Positions 38,157 through 47,831 of a stretch of 64,000 nt of DNA are shown piece after piece. The position numbers and the translations under genes are program-made. Below the pieces are notes generated by a model. That model was not told the origin of the DNA. It made no database searches and saw nothing but the letters and a program-made list of their open reading frames with translations. Source of the DNA: Pseudomonadota bacterium (GTDB lineage Bacteria; SZUA-182; DTGQ01); contig DAOURK010000008.1 in assembly GCA_030625085.1 (NCBI GenBank), forward strand, positions 2,024 to 66,023, written 5' to 3'. The number at the start of each line of letters is the position of its first letter. Within the stretch, counting starts at the first letter, position 1.

Positions 38157-39314
38157 ATGAGATATGCAAAGGCTTTAATGATACTTTTTTTAGCTGTCAC
38201 CTTAGTCGGCACAATTGTTTTTACTTCAAATGATGCCATGGCCAAAGTCGGTGACAATGTAGAGGCGGTATGCAGCGTCTGCCACACCATGCACCATAGT
38301 CAGGATGGAACTGATCCGACTAATCCCAATGATGAGACCCAGTCCGTGGGGCCGAATAATGCGCTTCTTTATGGTGACAGTAGCGGCAATAATGCCACCT
38401 GCGTTGCCTGTCATACTGGTTCCGGAGGCACTCACGCTACTTTAGGTTACGATGAGGAAACCGGTGCGCCTATAGTCGACCTTGCTGCGGATAAGCAATT
38501 GGCCGGTGGGACGTATGTAGCCGGTACTGATAAAACACGACATAATGCTCTAGGAATTACTGGTGCAGATGCCACCATACCAAATGATGGCGTAAGCGGA
38601 GGCGATATACCGCCCGGAGGCGCCAACAGCGATATTGGCGATGCCTTGCAGATTACCTGTGCCGGAACAACCGGATGTCACGGCGACAGAGCCGAAAGTG
38701 ATAATGTTAAGTCCGTGCACGGCGCCCATCATCTTGATGATAGGACAATAGATGGAACCAAGATAGGGAAAAGTTATCGCTTTTTAGGCATTGATGTTTC
38801 AGGCAGTTCGTTTTCCTCCGGCGACGGTGTGGATGGGTTGGAGCATGATCACTGGGAATCGGGCCAAGAGAATAGTTTATTTGCCAACAATACCCTTAAT
38901 GCTGATGATCATAATGTTTATGATGCTGAAGGTATTAATAGGGTCTGTGCGAGCTGTCACGGCGATTTTCATGGAACTGATCAGGGTACAAGCGAGCCTT
39001 GGATAAGACATCCCACTGATATTACCTTAGAAAGTGCTGCTGATGAAGGTCCCTCAGCCGAATATGATGAGTATCCTAATACAGCGGGAGGTGAGCTTTA
39101 TTCCACTGAAGCCCCAGTTGGTTTTACAGTTGCCCAGGCTGATGGTGAAGCTAACGTTGATGCAAATGACGGGCAGGTGCTTTGTATTTCTTGCCATCGA
39201 GCCCATGGATCAGAATGGGATGATATTTTGCGCTGGAATTACGATGCTATGCTGGCTACAGGAGGGGAAGGCTCTGTAAATACCGGTTGTAATCGCTGTC
39301 ACACCACAAAGTAA
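38157..39314 (+). CDS. OmcS-family hexaheme cytochrome c, a Gly/Asp-rich variant.
   Basis: Motifs seen: AKVGDNVEAVCSVCHTMHHSQDGT, CVACH, CAGTTGCH, CASCHGDFHG, VLCISCHRAHGSEWDDILRWNY. The C-terminal end is ...GCNRCHTTK. Confidence 0.65.
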   Translation: MRYAKALMILFLAVTLVGTIVFTSNDAMAKVGDNVEAVCSVCHTMHHSQDGTDPTNPNDETQSVGPNNALLYGDSSGNNATCVACHTGSGGTHATLGYDEETGAPIVDLAADKQLAGGTYVAGTDKTRHNALGITGADATIPNDGVSGGDIPPGGANSDIGDALQITCAGTTGCHGDRAESDNVKSVHGAHHLDDRTIDGTKIGKSYRFLGIDVSGSSFSSGDGVDGLEHDHWESGQENSLFANNTLNADDHNVYDAEGINRVCASCHGDFHGTDQGTSEPWIRHPTDITLESAADEGPSAEYDEYPNTAGGELYSTEAPVGFTVAQADGEANVDANDGQVLCISCHRAHGSEWDDILRWNYDAMLATGGEGSVNTGCNRCHTTK

Positions 39315-39351
39315 GGATTATTGGCGATTATTTGTTTTTGAACGTTCTATT

Positions 39352-39397
39352 TTTAAAAAAAAAGCAGGATGGGAGGCCCATCCTGCTTTTTTTTTAT
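39352..39397. terminator. Bidirectional rho-independent terminator.
   Basis: AAAAAAAAA-GCAGGATGGG-AGG-CCCATCCTGC-TTTTTTTTT. It lies between the convergent genes 38157-39314 (+) and 39516-40052 (-). Confidence 0.85.
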
Positions 39398-39515
39398 TCA
39401 AATTAAAGCCGCACCTATTAATTAATGGACAAGCGAGATTTCAGTCTTCCCGAATCGGATTCGACCGGCTTTTTCTTCCAGTCCTGTTTCGATTGATAGT
39501 AAATCAAGTTGTTAA

Positions 39516-40052
39516 TTATTTTCCGGGTGCTGTCTTCGGTCTTTGTTTTTCAGATTTGTTTTTCATTTTCAGATAAGTCTCTTCAAGATTGTATCGGGAC
39601 GTCTCATTATCCGGATCTAACCGGATAGCCTCATTAAGGGCCAAGATAGCTTCCGGGTAATTGCCCATTTCGCCATAGGCCGCGCCCAGATTGCAGTATG
39701 CCTTGGCATATTTAGGATTATATCGAATAGCTTGCTTATAGGACCGAATCCCTTCAGGATAGTTCCCCATTTTACAAAAGAGCACGCCTAAATTATAATG
39801 GGCATGGGGCAATCGAGGGTTAATACGAAGGGCCTCTTTATATGCCTCAAACTCTTCCTTCATACGGCCAAGATTGCCGTAACCTTTCCCGAGATTAGAA
39901 TGACCTCTTGCCTTGTTGGGAGTTTTCTTGACCACATCAGACCATAGCGACAAATCATCCTTCCAGACAGTATTCCTCACATAAGTGGCCGTGCTGAACA
40001 GTAACACCAAACAGCTCATTAGTATTAATTCGCAATATTGATTTGGTTTCAA
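39516..40052 (-). CDS. Membrane-anchored TPR-repeat protein, paralogue family member 1.
   Basis: N-terminal TM segment, then the conserved TATYVRNTVWKDDLSLWSDVVKK motif. TPR repeats follow (HSNLGKGYGNLG, AHYNLGVLF, AYCNLGAAYGEMGNYPEAI). Confidence 0.7.
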   Translation of the reverse strand: MKPNQYCELILMSCLVLLFSTATYVRNTVWKDDLSLWSDVVKKTPNKARGHSNLGKGYGNLGRMKEEFEAYKEALRINPRLPHAHYNLGVLFCKMGNYPEGIRSYKQAIRYNPKYAKAYCNLGAAYGEMGNYPEAILALNEAIRLDPDNETSRYNLEETYLKMKNKSEKQRPKTAPGK

Positions 40053-40056
40053 ATGA

Positions 40057-40557
40057 TTAGGGGCCTTTCATCTTAAGATACGCCTGTTCAAGATTGGATT
40101 TGGCCGTTGCATCTTCCGGGTTTAAGCGAATTGCTTTCTTAAGGGCTTTGATGGCTTCCGGGTAATTGCCCGTTGCCCCGTAAGCCGCACCCAGATTACA
40201 ATATGCCTTAGCATAATCAGGTTTAAATCTGATAGCCTGTTTATAGGAGCGAATCTCTTCAGCATAATTCCTCATTGCACCAAAGAGCACGCCCAAATTA
40301 TAATGGGCCATGGAAAATCGCGGGTTAATACGAATGGCCTCTTTATAAGACGCAAACTCTTCCTTCATTCGCCCACGCGCCCCATACGCCTTGCCAAGAT
40401 TATAATGCCCTCTGACTTTGTTGGGGGCTTTCTTGACCACATCCTTCCATAGAGACAATTCATTTTTCCAGACAGTATTCCTCACATACGTGGCCGTATT
40501 GAATATAAATAGCAAACATATCATAATTACAAATTCAATATATTGCTTTGGGTTCAT
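40057..40557 (-). CDS. Membrane-anchored TPR-repeat protein, paralogue family member 2.
   Basis: About 70% identical to 39516-40052, with TATYVRNTVWKNELSLWKDVVKK and the same TPR layout. It lies 4 nt downstream of its paralogue. Confidence 0.7.
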   Translation of the reverse strand: MNPKQYIEFVIMICLLFIFNTATYVRNTVWKNELSLWKDVVKKAPNKVRGHYNLGKAYGARGRMKEEFASYKEAIRINPRFSMAHYNLGVLFGAMRNYAEEIRSYKQAIRFKPDYAKAYCNLGAAYGATGNYPEAIKALKKAIRLNPEDATAKSNLEQAYLKMKGP

Positions 40558-40857
40558 AGGCGAAGAAAATCCATATAATAAAGGTAATGGCTTAATTCAT
40601 ACTTTAACCACAATAATTTAAAATATCCTTAAGACTATAGAAGACAGGATATTTCTGTTAATTCACTTTTCTTAAAAGTAGATAATATACATATTTTCAT
40701 AAGCGTACATTATAATTAAAAAATGTCAACCTATGCATAATCATTTAGTCCTTTGACTTTTTCTTTCCATTCAGATACACTGGCCTAAATATTCTTTAAT
40801 TATTCTATATATTTATCAGTTAAAAAAGGGATAGCGATAATAAAATGCCATATACTT

Positions 40858-41778
40858 ATGAAAAAGAATGAAAGAAACTATATAGAATTTTTGACTGTCG
40901 CTATTTTATTAATTCTTTTTTGTATAACCACCTACCGGCGCAATTTCGTATGGAAAAATGAGCTGACACTATGGCAGGATGTGGTTAATAAATCTCATAA
41001 CAAAGCGAGGGCCCACAATAACCTGGCCATGGCCCTAAACTCTGTAAGGTTGCTTGATCGGGCCATTATTGAAGCAAAAAAAGCCTTGAGCCTCAATCCT
41101 GCCTTCAAAAAACCATATATTATCCTTGGAAATGCATGTGTACAGAAGGGCCTCATTGATAAGGCCATCAATCATTTCAAGGACGCCGTAAGGATTGATC
41201 CTGGATATGCCGAAGCCCACGTCAACTTGGGTAATACATATCGTATAAAAGGATCGATTGACCTTGCCATACGCGAATATAAAAAGGCTATAACGCTCAA
41301 GGCCGGCTATGTACGGGGCCACCGTTGTTTGGCTACGGCATATTCTTTTAAGGGAATGGCTGATGAGGCCATTGATGAATATAAAAAATTGTTGGAATTG
41401 GAGTCTGATAATTACAGAACTTACAATAGTCTTGGGCTGAATTATGTTAAAAAGGGGTTGTACGATGAAGCAATTATAGAATTCAAGAAGAGTATATTTT
41501 TGAAATCGGATCAGATAGCACCACGCGTCAATCTTGCCTCTGCCTATGGTTCTTTGGGATTGACTAACGAAGCCATAGCCGTGCTCAAAAAGTGCCTTCA
41601 GTTAGACCCCAATAATGTAGATATTCATTATAATTTGGCTCTGTCCTATACTGATAAAAGAGAATATGATGAGGCCATTAGGGAATTTGAAAAGGTTTTA
41701 AGACTGAAACCCGGTGACACCCAAGCCCGCAAAAGACTCCAGCGTCTCAAGGATAGATCTGACGAGGCTTTGAATTGA
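40858..41778 (+). CDS. Membrane-anchored TPR-repeat protein with about 7 TPRs, paralogue family member 3.
   Basis: N-terminal TM segment plus TTYRRNFVWKNELTLWQDVVNK, followed by multiple TPR units. Confidence 0.7.
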   Translation: MKKNERNYIEFLTVAILLILFCITTYRRNFVWKNELTLWQDVVNKSHNKARAHNNLAMALNSVRLLDRAIIEAKKALSLNPAFKKPYIILGNACVQKGLIDKAINHFKDAVRIDPGYAEAHVNLGNTYRIKGSIDLAIREYKKAITLKAGYVRGHRCLATAYSFKGMADEAIDEYKKLLELESDNYRTYNSLGLNYVKKGLYDEAIIEFKKSIFLKSDQIAPRVNLASAYGSLGLTNEAIAVLKKCLQLDPNNVDIHYNLALSYTDKREYDEAIREFEKVLRLKPGDTQARKRLQRLKDRSDEALN

Positions 41779-41832
41779 TTAATATTTTAATAAATATAAT
41801 TTTGCAGTATGATTTCAAATTGTATTTGAGCT

Positions 41833-42609
41833 TCAATGCCCATTGTATTGCTTTGGATTTTGATTATTAACCGCTCTTTCAATCATCTTAATAAAGGTAT
41901 TGATCTTTTGTGCCAAGGGATGGTTTGGTTTCACCTTTTGCCCCTTTTTAAAATATAACAGGGCCTTATCATAATCTCTTTTATGTTCCAAATAGGTCTT
42001 GCCAAGATGATAATAAACGAAAATATCTTCCGGGGCAAGCTCTATGGCTGTTTTATATTCTTGAATACTCTCATCAATCAATCCTATCTGACCGTAAAGC
42101 GTGCCCATATTAAAATGCACATCCGGCTCATTAAATTTTTGCTCACAGGCTTTTTTGTATTCGGTGAGCGCTTCTTTAAGCTTCCCCTGCTTATGGTAGA
42201 TAAGGCCAATATTATAATGGACTTCATTATTTTCAGGATTTAGGCCAAGGGCTGTTTTATATAAAGCCAGGGCCTCATCAAATTTGCCCAGATTGTAATA
42301 ATCAACGCCAAGATTTAAGTAACCCTTGGCATAATCAGGGGCCAGGGTGATTACTCTTTTATGTTCTTCTATGGCCTTTCGGGTTAAACCGGCCCTGTCA
42401 TAAGCATTGCCTAGATTCACATGCGGTCGCGGCTTTAGCGGAGATTTAAGAGCAATATCTCCCCATAAAGTCAGTTCATTTTTCCATAGTATGTTTCTCT
42501 GGTATGTTAAGGTGGAAAAGATACTTATTAGAGCAATAAAAGGAATTAACTCACACAATAGTAATAAGTGAGCTTTCATATCCATAATCTTTACTCTGTA
42601 TCTGAACAA
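41833..42609 (-). CDS. Membrane-anchored TPR-repeat protein, paralogue family member 4.
   Basis: N-terminal TM segment plus TLTYQRNILWKNELTLWGDIALK, followed by TPR units. Confidence 0.65.
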   Translation of the reverse strand: MFRYRVKIMDMKAHLLLLCELIPFIALISIFSTLTYQRNILWKNELTLWGDIALKSPLKPRPHVNLGNAYDRAGLTRKAIEEHKRVITLAPDYAKGYLNLGVDYYNLGKFDEALALYKTALGLNPENNEVHYNIGLIYHKQGKLKEALTEYKKACEQKFNEPDVHFNMGTLYGQIGLIDESIQEYKTAIELAPEDIFVYYHLGKTYLEHKRDYDKALLYFKKGQKVKPNHPLAQKINTFIKMIERAVNNQNPKQYNGH

Positions 42610-42695
42610 TTAAAGGCCGTCCTTAAAATAGTTGTTATACACTAAATCAAGAAATACCCTTTTGCAGTAAGGGCTCGTATAGCTAATTCACAGCC

Positions 42696-42733
42696 ATTTA
42701 CCAAAAATGCCAAAATTGGCATTTTTGGTAAAT
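42696..42733. promoter_or_regulatory. Perfect 38-bp palindrome with 18-bp arms and a 2-bp centre, a candidate operator or regulatory hairpin. It sits 87 nt upstream of the start (42609) of the minus-strand TPR gene 41833-42609.
   Basis: ATTTACCAAAAATGCCAA-AA-TTGGCATTTTTGGTAAAT. I checked by hand that the right arm is the exact reverse complement of the left arm. Confidence 0.5.
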
Positions 42734-43133
42734 AGCGATTTGTTGAGCAGATTTACCGTGCTCCGGATTGCTGAGAAGCGCTGTTAGCCGCAGGCCGATA
42801 ACAAAGCCAATATATAATATCTTACTCGATTTTGATATAGATTTAAAATAAATTATTCATTGCTCGTTTTATTTCAGATTTTCCTTAAATTGAATAACAA
42901 ACAGATAAACAACTTTGATAAGGCGGCGATTGGCTATTATCAGCATAATTTTTTCATGCTTGATATTGCTTGACATCAGGGATGGAATAATTAAAAATAT
43001 TACCAAAAGGCAAGATGAATCTCAAAATGGTAATAGAAAATAATCAGCAATTTGAAAACAAGGTAAAGCAAAAAAAGCAGCCCCGGTGTATTCTGAGCAA
43101 TTACTTTTTATCGTATATAGGCTGTAAGTAAAA

Positions 43134-45056
43134 ATGTATCAAATGAAAAAATATGTTTTTTTTAATTATCTTCTTGGCCTATCCTTTGCTTTGATAGAGA
43201 TATCATGGCAATTGTACGTTGGGGTAATAGACGAAAATGCTGTATGGTTTCAGAGCACAGCTTCAAGCTTAAAATTTTTTATCATTTCTCTTATTATATA
43301 TTCATTCTTTATCATTATTATTGCATATATTTCGATTTTTATTACCGCTCTAATAAAAAAATCTTTTCTTAGAAAAATTTCTCCAACTCCCTTCAGTATG
43401 GCTTTAACGACCGGTATCCTCTTGTCCTTATTTTTAGGGACAGATGTGTGCTACTCAAAACTTTCCGTCCATAATTCCCTTTCACAACTTATCGGTTATG
43501 GATTTTTGATCTTCTTTGCATCTTTATTTGTTTTCATACTTGGCGCATATTTGATATTTACACTTATCTTTAAATTATCAAGACAAAAGCTTAATATTAT
43601 CTTAATTTTATGTTTTTCAATTATATTTGTTATTATTTTAACACTTTGCTTTACTACCCAGGAACAAACATTAATTACCAATAAAGATAAAAATAATATC
43701 GTCTTTATCTCGATAGATACCTTAAGACAAGATCGTTTGGGCTGCTATGGCTATAAAAAGCCTACCTCCCCTAATATTGATGCGATAGCTAATGAGGGAA
43801 TTGTTTTTTCTAATTCTTTTGCTCAGTATCATGCAACACTTCCTTCCTATATGAGCATGATGACTTCACTGATACCGCTGGTTCACGACGTTATTGATTC
43901 CAGCGCGGTACTTGACAAAAATCGTATTACTTTGGCGAGCTTATTAAAAAGCAATGGATACACTTGTATTGCTTTTGTCGACGGTAAGAGAAAAAGTTAT
44001 ATCGGTGGTTTCCACGGTTTCTCCAGAGGCTTTGATTGGTATGGACATTATCCTGAAAATACCACGCTTTTCAGCAAAATACTCCCCATAAGATTCATTT
44101 TAGGCTTTAAAGTCATATTGAACAAATATTTTCCTGAACACGGCAATGGTATCACTAAAAGTGTTATTTCTTGGATAAGAAAAAACAAAAAATATCCTTT
44201 TTTTCTTTTCATTCATTACTATAGTGTGCATTCACAACCTAGCGGGCTTCCTTATTGGCGCTATCCTCCTTTTGATAAAAAGTTGGTCGACTCCCCTGTC
44301 ATTCCAGAACATTTTGCTGTCGATGGTGCAACCGGCTCACGATTTTTGTCAAAAATACTCCATACCCCGAGGGGGAAAAAATTTATAGCAGAAGATTTGC
44401 CAGTCTTAAGCCAGTTATATGATTGTGGCATTGCATATGTTGGTGCTCAAATCGGAAAGTTATACAAGGAACTAAAAAATATGAACTTGTTAAACACCAC
44501 AGCAATAATCATTAATTCCGATCATGGTGAAGAATTTCTGGAACATGATAAGCTAATGCATACACAAGATTATTCTGAGTGCTTAAAAGTGCCTTTAATA
44601 ATATCGGCACCTCTCCACCGTAGCCATCAGAGGACAATTTGTTCAAATGTTCAGGGCATCGATCTTGCACCTACAATTTTAGATATAGCAGGGATTAATG
44701 CCCCTGCCAAAATGATGGGCACTTCCTTAATGAAAAAAATACGTGGTGAAAAAATGCCCGAAGCTGTTATTATATCCACTTGCGGCCATGCAATGCATTA
44801 CAAAAATTATGCACTTCTGATAAAGGAGAAAGATATTGAATTATATGACCTGAACAATGATCCTAAACAAAAAAATGATCTAAGCAAGTCGCATGAAACA
44901 TTATTCTATGATTTGATGACAATCTATAATAAAACAATTGAAGAACATCTGGCCATCAAGTCTAAATTGACCTGCCAGGAGGAAAAAGAAAAGATTAAAT
45001 TATCCCCACGAGATATTGAGCGTTTGAAATCATTGGGATACATTAATGATGGGTAA
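43134..45056 (+). CDS. Membrane-anchored sulfatase-fold hydrolase or transferase with a Ser/Thr nucleophile, of the LtaS/EptA/OpgB-like family.
   Basis: About 5 N-terminal TM helices, then an alkaline-phosphatase-superfamily core (VFISIDTLRQDRLGCYGY...PNIDAIANEGIVFSN...). The true sulfatase CxPxR motif is replaced by TLPSY. Confidence 0.6.
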   Translation: MYQMKKYVFFNYLLGLSFALIEISWQLYVGVIDENAVWFQSTASSLKFFIISLIIYSFFIIIIAYISIFITALIKKSFLRKISPTPFSMALTTGILLSLFLGTDVCYSKLSVHNSLSQLIGYGFLIFFASLFVFILGAYLIFTLIFKLSRQKLNIILILCFSIIFVIILTLCFTTQEQTLITNKDKNNIVFISIDTLRQDRLGCYGYKKPTSPNIDAIANEGIVFSNSFAQYHATLPSYMSMMTSLIPLVHDVIDSSAVLDKNRITLASLLKSNGYTCIAFVDGKRKSYIGGFHGFSRGFDWYGHYPENTTLFSKILPIRFILGFKVILNKYFPEHGNGITKSVISWIRKNKKYPFFLFIHYYSVHSQPSGLPYWRYPPFDKKLVDSPVIPEHFAVDGATGSRFLSKILHTPRGKKFIAEDLPVLSQLYDCGIAYVGAQIGKLYKELKNMNLLNTTAIIINSDHGEEFLEHDKLMHTQDYSECLKVPLIISAPLHRSHQRTICSNVQGIDLAPTILDIAGINAPAKMMGTSLMKKIRGEKMPEAVIISTCGHAMHYKNYALLIKEKDIELYDLNNDPKQKNDLSKSHETLFYDLMTIYNKTIEEHLAIKSKLTCQEEKEKIKLSPRDIERLKSLGYINDG

Positions 45057-45227
45057 CACTGGCAGAGAATATGGCCGTTTTTTTATTTTACCTTCCACCT
45101 TTCAGTTTAATCCCTGTAATTGTCATAAAATGATGGTAGGCAAGTGAGTTCAACGAGATTATGGAAATAGTAAAAATAATATTAGTATCAGTTGTAAAGG
45201 ATAAACATTAAAACAATGAAGGAATAA

Positions 45228-46631
45228 ATGGACATCTTACTAATAAATCCGCCCCCTAGATGCATAACCCATGAAAATGTCGTTATGCCTCCCCTCGGAT
45301 TGGCTTATCTGGCTGCTGCATTAGAAAAAGAAAAATATCGGGTCGAGATTTTAGACGCCTTTGCTTTACAATTAAGTTGGCATGATTTCGAAGCGAAAAT
45401 TACCAAAAAAAAGCCGGAGATAGTCGGCATTGGAGGTATGTCGCCGGTTATTGATAATACCTTTCGATCTATAGCAATCTGCAGAAAATATACTAAGCAT
45501 ATTGTTATGGGGGGGCCTCATGTATCCGCATATAAGCAACAAATTTTTACCCAGTGCCCACATATTGATTATGGCATTATTGGAGAAGGGGAAAGAAGTT
45601 TTGTAAATCTGGTAGCAGAATTAGACCAAAATAAGTCCTCCGGTCAATGTAAGGGGGTCATTACCAGAGATATGCTCAGTGATCCGGAGGACCTAATCCA
45701 AAATATTGACAGTATCCCCTTTCCTGCCAGACACTTGCTACCTAACCACCACTATAAATATGCCCTCTCCCCCGGTGAAACCATCACTACAATGTTTACC
45801 TCCAGGGGGTGCCCATATAATTGCATCTTTTGTGACAAATCCATTTTTGGGTCAAAATGGAGGGCAAGAAGCCCTGAGAATATAATAAACGAGCTAAAAG
45901 AGATTATAGCCAACCTGGGGGTAAAAACAATCATTTTTTACGATGATCTCTTTACTGTAAATAAGGAAAGGGCAATCAATATATGCCGGGGAATTATTGA
46001 TGCTGGTCTAAAGATAACCTGGAAATGTGAAGGCAGGGTAAATCTGGTTGATGAGGAATTGTTAGCCTGGATGAAAAAGGCCGGCTGTAAAATAATTGCC
46101 TATGGAGTGGAAAGCGGCAATCAAAAGGGGCTGGATTATCTTAATAAAAACACCACTCCGGAACAGATAAAAAGAGCTTTCAAATTAACTCATCAAGCCG
46201 GGATAAAAACCATGGCCTATTTTATTCTCGGCATTCCGGTTGAGACATATGATGATACCTTGCACACGATAAACTTTGCCACTAAAATCAATCCAACCTA
46301 CGCCCAATTTAGCGCCCTTTCACCCTATTACGGCACCAAACTTTACCAAGAAGCTAAGGCAAAGGGGTGGTATAAGGAGATAGATGCCCAAAATCCTCTT
46401 GATAAAGACCTTAAGCGGCCGGTAGTAATCGCAGAAAATTGGACGGAAGAGAGCTTAAAAAGAATAGTCAAGGAAGCTCATAAAAATTTTTATCTAAGGT
46501 TTAGATACATTGTCGGATCAATAGTAAGGTTAAAAAATTTTAAACAGTTGGTTAGTTTATTCAAGACCGGATTAGGCATATTTAAGTGGATAGCAACTCC
46601 TAAAAATAAATCTATTAGAAAAATTAAATAA
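45228..46631 (+). CDS. Cobalamin-binding radical SAM enzyme (class B).
   Basis: N-terminal B12-binding-like domain, then the radical SAM motif TSRGCPYNCIFCD and an elongated TIM-barrel-length C-terminus. Confidence 0.7.
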   Translation: MDILLINPPPRCITHENVVMPPLGLAYLAAALEKEKYRVEILDAFALQLSWHDFEAKITKKKPEIVGIGGMSPVIDNTFRSIAICRKYTKHIVMGGPHVSAYKQQIFTQCPHIDYGIIGEGERSFVNLVAELDQNKSSGQCKGVITRDMLSDPEDLIQNIDSIPFPARHLLPNHHYKYALSPGETITTMFTSRGCPYNCIFCDKSIFGSKWRARSPENIINELKEIIANLGVKTIIFYDDLFTVNKERAINICRGIIDAGLKITWKCEGRVNLVDEELLAWMKKAGCKIIAYGVESGNQKGLDYLNKNTTPEQIKRAFKLTHQAGIKTMAYFILGIPVETYDDTLHTINFATKINPTYAQFSALSPYYGTKLYQEAKAKGWYKEIDAQNPLDKDLKRPVVIAENWTEESLKRIVKEAHKNFYLRFRYIVGSIVRLKNFKQLVSLFKTGLGIFKWIATPKNKSIRKIK

Positions 46632-46634
46632 TAC

Positions 46635-47831
46635 ATGTATTCTTATAAGCCTATAAGTATTTGTATGGTTTCGCCACTATACCATACCTCACTCGGAGGT
46701 GTAGGCAGACAAGCATTAGCCTTAACAGAAAAACTAAAATCCCAAGGGATCAGTGTATTTGTCATAGCCAGAAAAATGAAAGGACTTCCCGTTTGTAATT
46801 TTAATACCCATATCCCTGTTTATAAAGCGTGGGCAATTAGACCTGACAAACACAATTTGGAAAAGATGAATTTAATAAATATTATTATATCTTTCTCATT
46901 CTGTTTAAGCATAGCTATTATTCTTTTTAAAAAAAGAAAAGAGTATGACATTGTGCATTTCCATGGCGCAAGCCTACCTCTTATGTCAAACATTCTCCTG
47001 TTAAAGCTTTACAGAAAAAAAATTATAGCGAAAGTAGCTGCTGCTAACCTTGGAACCGAAGCAGGTTCATTAAAGGGGAGATATTCCCTTTTAGGAAAAA
47101 TTTTAATTAGTCTTTTAAAAAAAGTAGACTGTTTTATTGCCATAAGCGAAGAGATTAAAAAAGGCCTATTGATTGATGGATACGATCAAAATAAAATAGT
47201 AAGAATTCCAAATTTTATTGACACAAAAGCATTTTATCCAGTGAATAAAAAATTGAGAAATAATTTTAAAAAAAAACTATTTTTACCTGATAAAAAAATT
47301 ATTACTTTCAGTGGAAGATTGGTAGAAAGAAAAGGGATACATATTCTGTTGCAATCTTTTGCAATGGTAGTAAAAAAACATAAAGATATTTTCCTAATAA
47401 TTCTTGGTGGGGGATATCTAAAAAAAAATTTAAAGGATCAAAGCCAAGCCTTTGGAATAGTCAAAAATATCAAATTTTGTGGATTTGTTACTAACATCTA
47501 TGAATATTTAAATGCAACAGATATATATATATTCCCTTCTTTTCAAGAAGGATTTCCCAATGCTGTCTTGGAAGCCATGGCCTGCGGCCTTCCTGTCATA
47601 GCTACTAAAATCGGAGTAGTAGTAGACATTATTAAAGACGGAGAAAATGGGCTTTTGGTAGAGTCAGGAAATAAAAATGAATTAGCAAATGCATTAAAAA
47701 AATTAATTTCAGAGCCTGAATATGCATTAAGTTTGGGGCAAAATGCCCTTAAAACGATCCGTGAAAATTATAATATTGACATTATTGCAAATAAATATCT
47801 CCACCTCTATGCTAAGATGATGAACCTTTAA
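46635..47831 (+). CDS. Glycosyltransferase family 4 (GT-B).
   Basis: The motif FPSFQEGFPNAVLEAMACGLPVIATKIG is present, the GT4 EX7E-type C-terminal domain. Confidence 0.8.
   Translation: MYSYKPISICMVSPLYHTSLGGVGRQALALTEKLKSQGISVFVIARKMKGLPVCNFNTHIPVYKAWAIRPDKHNLEKMNLINIIISFSFCLSIAIILFKKRKEYDIVHFHGASLPLMSNILLLKLYRKKIIAKVAAANLGTEAGSLKGRYSLLGKILISLLKKVDCFIAISEEIKKGLLIDGYDQNKIVRIPNFIDTKAFYPVNKKLRNNFKKKLFLPDKKIITFSGRLVERKGIHILLQSFAMVVKKHKDIFLIILGGGYLKKNLKDQSQAFGIVKNIKFCGFVTNIYEYLNATDIYIFPSFQEGFPNAVLEAMACGLPVIATKIGVVVDIIKDGENGLLVESGNKNELANALKKLISEPEYALSLGQNALKTIRENYNIDIIANKYLHLYAKMMNL

Noticed and set aside
43134-45056. True formylglycine-dependent sulfatase.
   Set aside because: The CxPxR active-site motif is replaced by TLPSY (Thr/Ser position). 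With the N-terminal multi-TM anchor this points to an LtaS/EptA-type transferase rather than a sulfatase.
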